This document shows positions 60,040-64,000 of a stretch of DNA of 64,000 nucleotides, one piece after another. This DNA is from an uncultured delta proteobacterium (GTDB lineage Bacteria; Myxococcota; B64-G9): assembly GCA_963754925.1 (NCBI GenBank), contig CAVWHX010000005.1, forward strand, positions 128,001 to 192,000, read 5' to 3'. A program made the translations under genes and the position numbers. How positions within the stretch are numbered: the first letter of the stretch is position 1; every line of letters starts with the position of its first letter. Below the pieces are notes generated by a model. The model searched no databases. It was given only the letters and a program-made list of their open reading frames with translations, and was not told where the DNA came from.

Positions 60040-61773
60040 ATGTGTCGATCCGTATTTTTTCGATTCGTTGTTCCGGCTTCGGCGATCCTGGTGATTGGGC
60101 TCGGCGCCATTCCGGGGTGCACGAACCTCGGCAGCCTGGTTACCAACGCGGGTCCCTGGGGCGCCGTTGAGGCGGGGGACACCACGGAAAGCGATCTCGT
60201 CGTCACCCTGGCCGACGGCAAGGTTCAAGGCGAGCTGGTCGACGGCGTGCGGCGTTTTCTGAGGATTCCCTACGCCAGGCCGCCGATCGGCAGCTTGCGT
60301 TGGCGCGCCCCGGTCAAAAACGATCCGTGGACCGGCGTGCGCTACGAGACGGTGTTTGCCGATCAGTGTCCTCAAGTTGCGAGCATTCAAAACTCGGGGA
60401 GCGCGAACGAGGATTGCCTGTATGTGAATGTGTGGGCCCCCGAGCCGACGCCTACCGGCGCGCCGGTGATGGTTTGGGTCCACGGCGGCGGCAATTTCGC
60501 CGGCTCCGCCAGCGATAAGCTGCCGGTGGTGGGACTGACCACCGGGCAGCAGCCGCTGTGGTACAACGGTCAGTTCTTCGCGGGCAAGCACGGGATCGTG
60601 GTGGTCACCATCAATTACCGACTCGGACCCATGGGGTTTTTCGCCCACCCGGGCCTCGCCGCCGAGGGCTCGCCGCTGGGCAATCAGGGTCTGCTCGACC
60701 AGCGCATGGCGCTGCAGTGGGTGCACGACAACATCGCCAGCTTCGGAGGCGACCCCGGCAACGTGACCCTTTTCGGAGAATCCTCGGGCGCCGCCGACGT
60801 GGGATACCAGGTTGCGTCCGCCGGCAGCCGCGGCCTCTTCCAACGCGCCATCAGCGAAAGCGGCGGCTGCACCGTGCCGTTCACGGCCAAGACGGATCAT
60901 ACCCCGGCCGAAGTCGCGGCCGCGATCACTTCCTTCGGCGAGAGCGTCGGATGTTCGGGCGGGCCGACCCAACTCAACTGTCTGCGGCATATGAGCGTCG
61001 CGGACATACTGAGCAAGTCGAATCAGCCTCAACCGATTGAGGGCACCGGCTTCGGCAATTATCTCTTCGTGCCGGTCATCGACGGTCCGGGCGGCTTTCT
61101 CGTGGATCAACTAAAGAATCTCTACGATCAAGGCACTATCGCCAAGGTCCCGTATCTGCTCGGCGCCAACGCCGACGAGGGCACACTCTTCATACTGTCC
61201 GGGCCCTATCCGCTCAGTGAGAAGGAGTATGAAACCGAGCTCACCAACCGCTACGGCGCCCAATATTTACAGACGCTTTTGCAGCTCTATCCCGCATTCA
61301 ATTTCGGCTACAACTATCACGCCGCCCTGGCGCGGGCGGTAAGCGACCAAACCAACATCTGCGGCACCCACGATACGGCCCGACGCGCGGCCAAAGCCGG
61401 CTTGAGCGTCTATATGTACAATTTCAATGTTCCCTGGAACATCGTGTCGAGCGCCTATGGCGCGTTTGTCGGCGAAGTGGCGCAATCCCTCGTGGGCGTG
61501 GCGCACTCGTCCGAAATCGCGTTCGTGTTCGATAGTCCTTACAACCCCAGCGCCTCCGACATCGTCGTAGCCGACACCATGAACACGTTCTGGGCGACCT
61601 TCGCGAAGACGGGCAACCCGAACTATTCCGGCGCGCCGGCGACCTGGCCCGCGTTCGTACCGGACGCGAACGACAACGACAAACGCTTGCAGCTCGATCA
61701 GAACTGGGATGTTCTGATCAACTTCCGCAAGGAAGAATGCGCCTTCTGGCGGACGTACTACGCAGCTCCATGA
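60040..61773 (+). CDS. Type-B carboxylesterase, lipoprotein
   Basis: EDCLYVNVW, WVHGGG, GESSG nucleophile, H.SE motif; lipobox IPGC. Confidence 0.92.
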   Translation: MCRSVFFRFVVPASAILVIGLGAIPGCTNLGSLVTNAGPWGAVEAGDTTESDLVVTLADGKVQGELVDGVRRFLRIPYARPPIGSLRWRAPVKNDPWTGVRYETVFADQCPQVASIQNSGSANEDCLYVNVWAPEPTPTGAPVMVWVHGGGNFAGSASDKLPVVGLTTGQQPLWYNGQFFAGKHGIVVVTINYRLGPMGFFAHPGLAAEGSPLGNQGLLDQRMALQWVHDNIASFGGDPGNVTLFGESSGAADVGYQVASAGSRGLFQRAISESGGCTVPFTAKTDHTPAEVAAAITSFGESVGCSGGPTQLNCLRHMSVADILSKSNQPQPIEGTGFGNYLFVPVIDGPGGFLVDQLKNLYDQGTIAKVPYLLGANADEGTLFILSGPYPLSEKEYETELTNRYGAQYLQTLLQLYPAFNFGYNYHAALARAVSDQTNICGTHDTARRAAKAGLSVYMYNFNVPWNIVSSAYGAFVGEVAQSLVGVAHSSEIAFVFDSPYNPSASDIVVADTMNTFWATFAKTGNPNYSGAPATWPAFVPDANDNDKRLQLDQNWDVLINFRKEECAFWRTYYAAP

Positions 61774-61814
61774 CGGTTCGTCGGCGCCGGTGGGATGTCA
61801 TATCGACCGAAGGG

Positions 61815-61854
61815 GAGATATCTAAATACGATCTCATCGTTATTTAGATTTCTC
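61815..61854. terminator. Long imperfect hairpin between convergent genes
   Basis: GAGA-TATCTAAATA-CGAT ... ATCG-TTATTTAGAT-TTCTC. Confidence 0.4.
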
Positions 61855-61901
61855 GCTGCCCCTAGAGGGATAAGAGTCCGTAAACCGGCCCTGCCTGTCC
61901 C

Positions 61902-62871
61902 CTAGCGAGTCGCCTTCTTCGACCTGCGCCTAAGTCTCGATGGTTTTCTTCCCGGCGTCGGCGCCTGGGGATTGATCAGATCGAGCATAGACGGCAAATC
62001 CAGCTTGCTGCCGATGCCCTCGCGAAAAAGCGGGCGATAAAGCGCGCCGATTTTTTCCGGCTCACGCAGGTGGCCCTCGCGGTCAAGCACTCGGAGGCGC
62101 TTGCGAACATCGCGGGCGATGAGCAGGGTCCGCTGGCCCGCGGGATCGGCGTGGAGGACCATGGATTGAGCGCCGTGTTTCAGCAGATTGCGGATCCTAT
62201 CCAGCGCGAGCGACTTTACTTCCTTAACCTCTTCCGCGGTAAGTATGAAGCGGGTGCGCTGGGTGTGGATAGCGACCGCACGCTGCCAGCGCAAGATGTT
62301 ACCCGCCAGCACCAGTCCGCGGAAGATGCGCTGGTTGACTCGAAAGGGCAGCAGGGAGCCTCTGAGAATGCTTTCCAAATGGCTGTCGTGGCGGCGGTAC
62401 CGCCGCGCGGAGAAGCTTCTCATGGTCGGCCAAACGGCAGACGGCACCAGCATGTTCGAGCCGCATTTCCCAGTAGACATGGGGAGCGTAACGCATACGA
62501 AAGTACTCGATGTTTTTATACGGAATAAAGTAGTTATGGGCCACCGTGTCCGCGGCCAAGTGGCTCAGATACCCCCAGGCGAAGGCGCGGGTTTCGTCCT
62601 GCTGGGCTCGATCGAGAACCTGGAACCCCACCTGCCAATTGTGGCAGTGGCGATAGTAGGGCACGCGGTTTTTAGCGATGGTGATGTCGGCGGCAATAGT
62701 CCCATAGAGGAAGTCGCTCGAAAAACGCCGCAACAAAAGCGCCAGCGCCGGCGCCAACCAGGATAGGTCGTGCACGATGTTCAAACCGAGCTCGAGATGG
62801 GCGGCGGGGCCAAAGGCAAAGGCCGCTTGTGGGATAAGCAGTAGAAAGAACACGATGCCGAGCACTCTCAT
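61902..62871 (-). CDS. Zinc-dependent phospholipase C family protein; one frameshift at ~62455
   Basis: Signal peptide then FGPAAH; G..AAD, HCH, GYLSHLAAD..AH and H..WE motifs. Confidence 0.8.
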
Positions 62872-62909
62872 GTCACCCTTCACACAAATATGCGCGCTGG
62901 GTCCTCGTA

Positions 62910-63045
62910 CCCTCTCCCGTTCGGGAGAGGGTGGCGCCTGGCGCCGGGTGAGGGAATAAACTATCTTCCACCCTCATCCAAGAGATTCTAAGCCTCGCTC
63001 TGCGAGGCAAGAATCTCTTGCCTTCTCCCGCTTGCGGGAGAAGGG
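62910..63045. repeat. REP-like palindromic element (CCCTCTCCC..GGGAGAGGG family)
   Basis: Two GC hairpins in inverted arrangement with a GGGTGAGGG/CCCTCA pair and a nested hairpin. Confidence 0.7.
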
Positions 63046-63137
63046 ATTCAAAGATTCCACTCTCATACGCATGAAGCTTGTTCCTATACCACGAAAATGG
63101 TATACCTTTACCTCCTCATTGGTCAAACGCGCAAGGA

Positions 63138-64000
63138 ATGAGTATGGCAAACGAACCTCGCGGAGAGCTTAAGCAGATAATCACGGATCTCGAACATACC
63201 GTACGGGTGTTGCGATCCTTTGGGGTGAGCGTGGTCAGGCCGCGGCGGACGCATGATGCTAACGGAACGTCGTCGAGCGCAGGAACGTCCGCCACGCAGG
63301 GTTCCGGCTCGTCGCCGGAACGCGATCGGGGAATGCGCCATGAAAAGCCGGCGAGTGATATCGGTCGGCAGACGGTTGCCGCGGTGCAAGGGTCGCTTTT
63401 TGGATCTCCCTTTGAGGAGCCAAAATCCATCACCGTGCCGGTAAGCCGTCATCGCTGGGTAAAAAACCCCTTGTCGCCCGCTGAGGCCGAGCGGCAGCTC
63501 GTCGCCGTACGACAAATAATCGGCGACTGCACGCGCTGCAAGCTCTCCGCGGGACGCACCACGATAGTTTTCGGCGAAGGCGATCCGGTGGCGCCGTTGA
63601 TGTTTGTGGGTGAAGGCCCGGGGCAGGAAGAGGATCGCACCGGACGCCCCTTCGTGGGGCGGGCCGGCCGCCTTCTCGATAAAATCATCGAAGCCATGGG
63701 CCTGCGGCGCGAGCAGGTGTATATTGGCAACGTCGTCAAGTGCCGTCCGCCCAATAACCGAACGCCGGAAAGCGACGAGATGCGCACCTGCGGGCAATTT
63801 TTGGCCAGGCAGATTGAGATTATCCGCCCCCGGCACATCGTGTGCCTGGGCGCTGTGGCTGCTTCGTACCTGCTCAATACCAATGCGGCCATGAACAAAA
63901 TCCGCGGTCGCTTTTTCGATGATTCGTCGGGCGCCCGCATACTGCCGACGTTCCATCCCGCCTATCTGCTGCGTAACCCTAACGCCAAGAAATCGGTGTG
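63138..64000 (+). CDS. Family-4 (Fe-S) uracil-DNA glycosylase (runs off the window edge)
   Basis: Hand translation: CTRCKL, VFGEG, FVGEGPG, PFVGRAG, NVVKCRPP, TFHPAYLLRN. Absent from the ORF track because there is no stop in the window. Confidence 0.93.
   Translation, partial: MSMANEPRGELKQIITDLEHTVRVLRSFGVSVVRPRRTHDANGTSSSAGTSATQGSGSSPERDRGMRHEKPASDIGRQTVAAVQGSLFGSPFEEPKSITVPVSRHRWVKNPLSPAEAERQLVAVRQIIGDCTRCKLSAGRTTIVFGEGDPVAPLMFVGEGPGQEEDRTGRPFVGRAGRLLDKIIEAMGLRREQVYIGNVVKCRPPNNRTPESDEMRTCGQFLARQIEIIRPRHIVCLGAVAASYLLNTNAAMNKIRGRFFDDSSGARILPTFHPAYLLRNPNAKKSV

Noticed and set aside
1..64000. CRISPR arrays, tRNA, rRNA, prophage
   Set aside because: No regularly spaced direct repeats, cloverleaf signatures, rRNA motifs or phage genes were seen by eye.

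Overview
A 64 kb GC-rich bacterial chromosome segment, most likely Myxococcota/deltaproteobacterial. The indicators are a Myxococcus-type LexA box, a myxobacterial-type PilZ protein and a Gld-like ABC operon. Housekeeping genes include lexA (partial), HU, pncB, transketolase, rpmB, purM, coaE, a phosphomannomutase, an extra DnaK/J pair, rluD-xerC-hslVU, folE2, a transaldolase and a family-4 UDG (partial). I saw no rRNA, tRNA or CRISPR array. Ten genes are broken by eleven single-base frameshifts, which is most likely read error. Most interesting: (1) a GAPDH homologue with an intact NAD-binding motif but substituted catalytic His and phosphate-site residues, 20 bp upstream of a 1405-aa PPDK-like protein. 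That protein has ATP-grasp and phospho-His domains, no pyruvate-binding barrel and a ~900-aa unknown N-terminus; a second atypical GAPDH faces it across an inserted, cassette-like block carrying an IS3 element. (2) A pncB plus NadD-NAD kinase fusion operon. (3) A VKOR-DsbA / Cys-rich OmpA-like / TlpA redox module. (4) A tandem duplication of a promoter-coaE-TMTC-like glycosyltransferase unit, in which one copy lost coaE and the other changed the DD motif to ND. (5) A sigma54-type START/GT21/PMM cluster.
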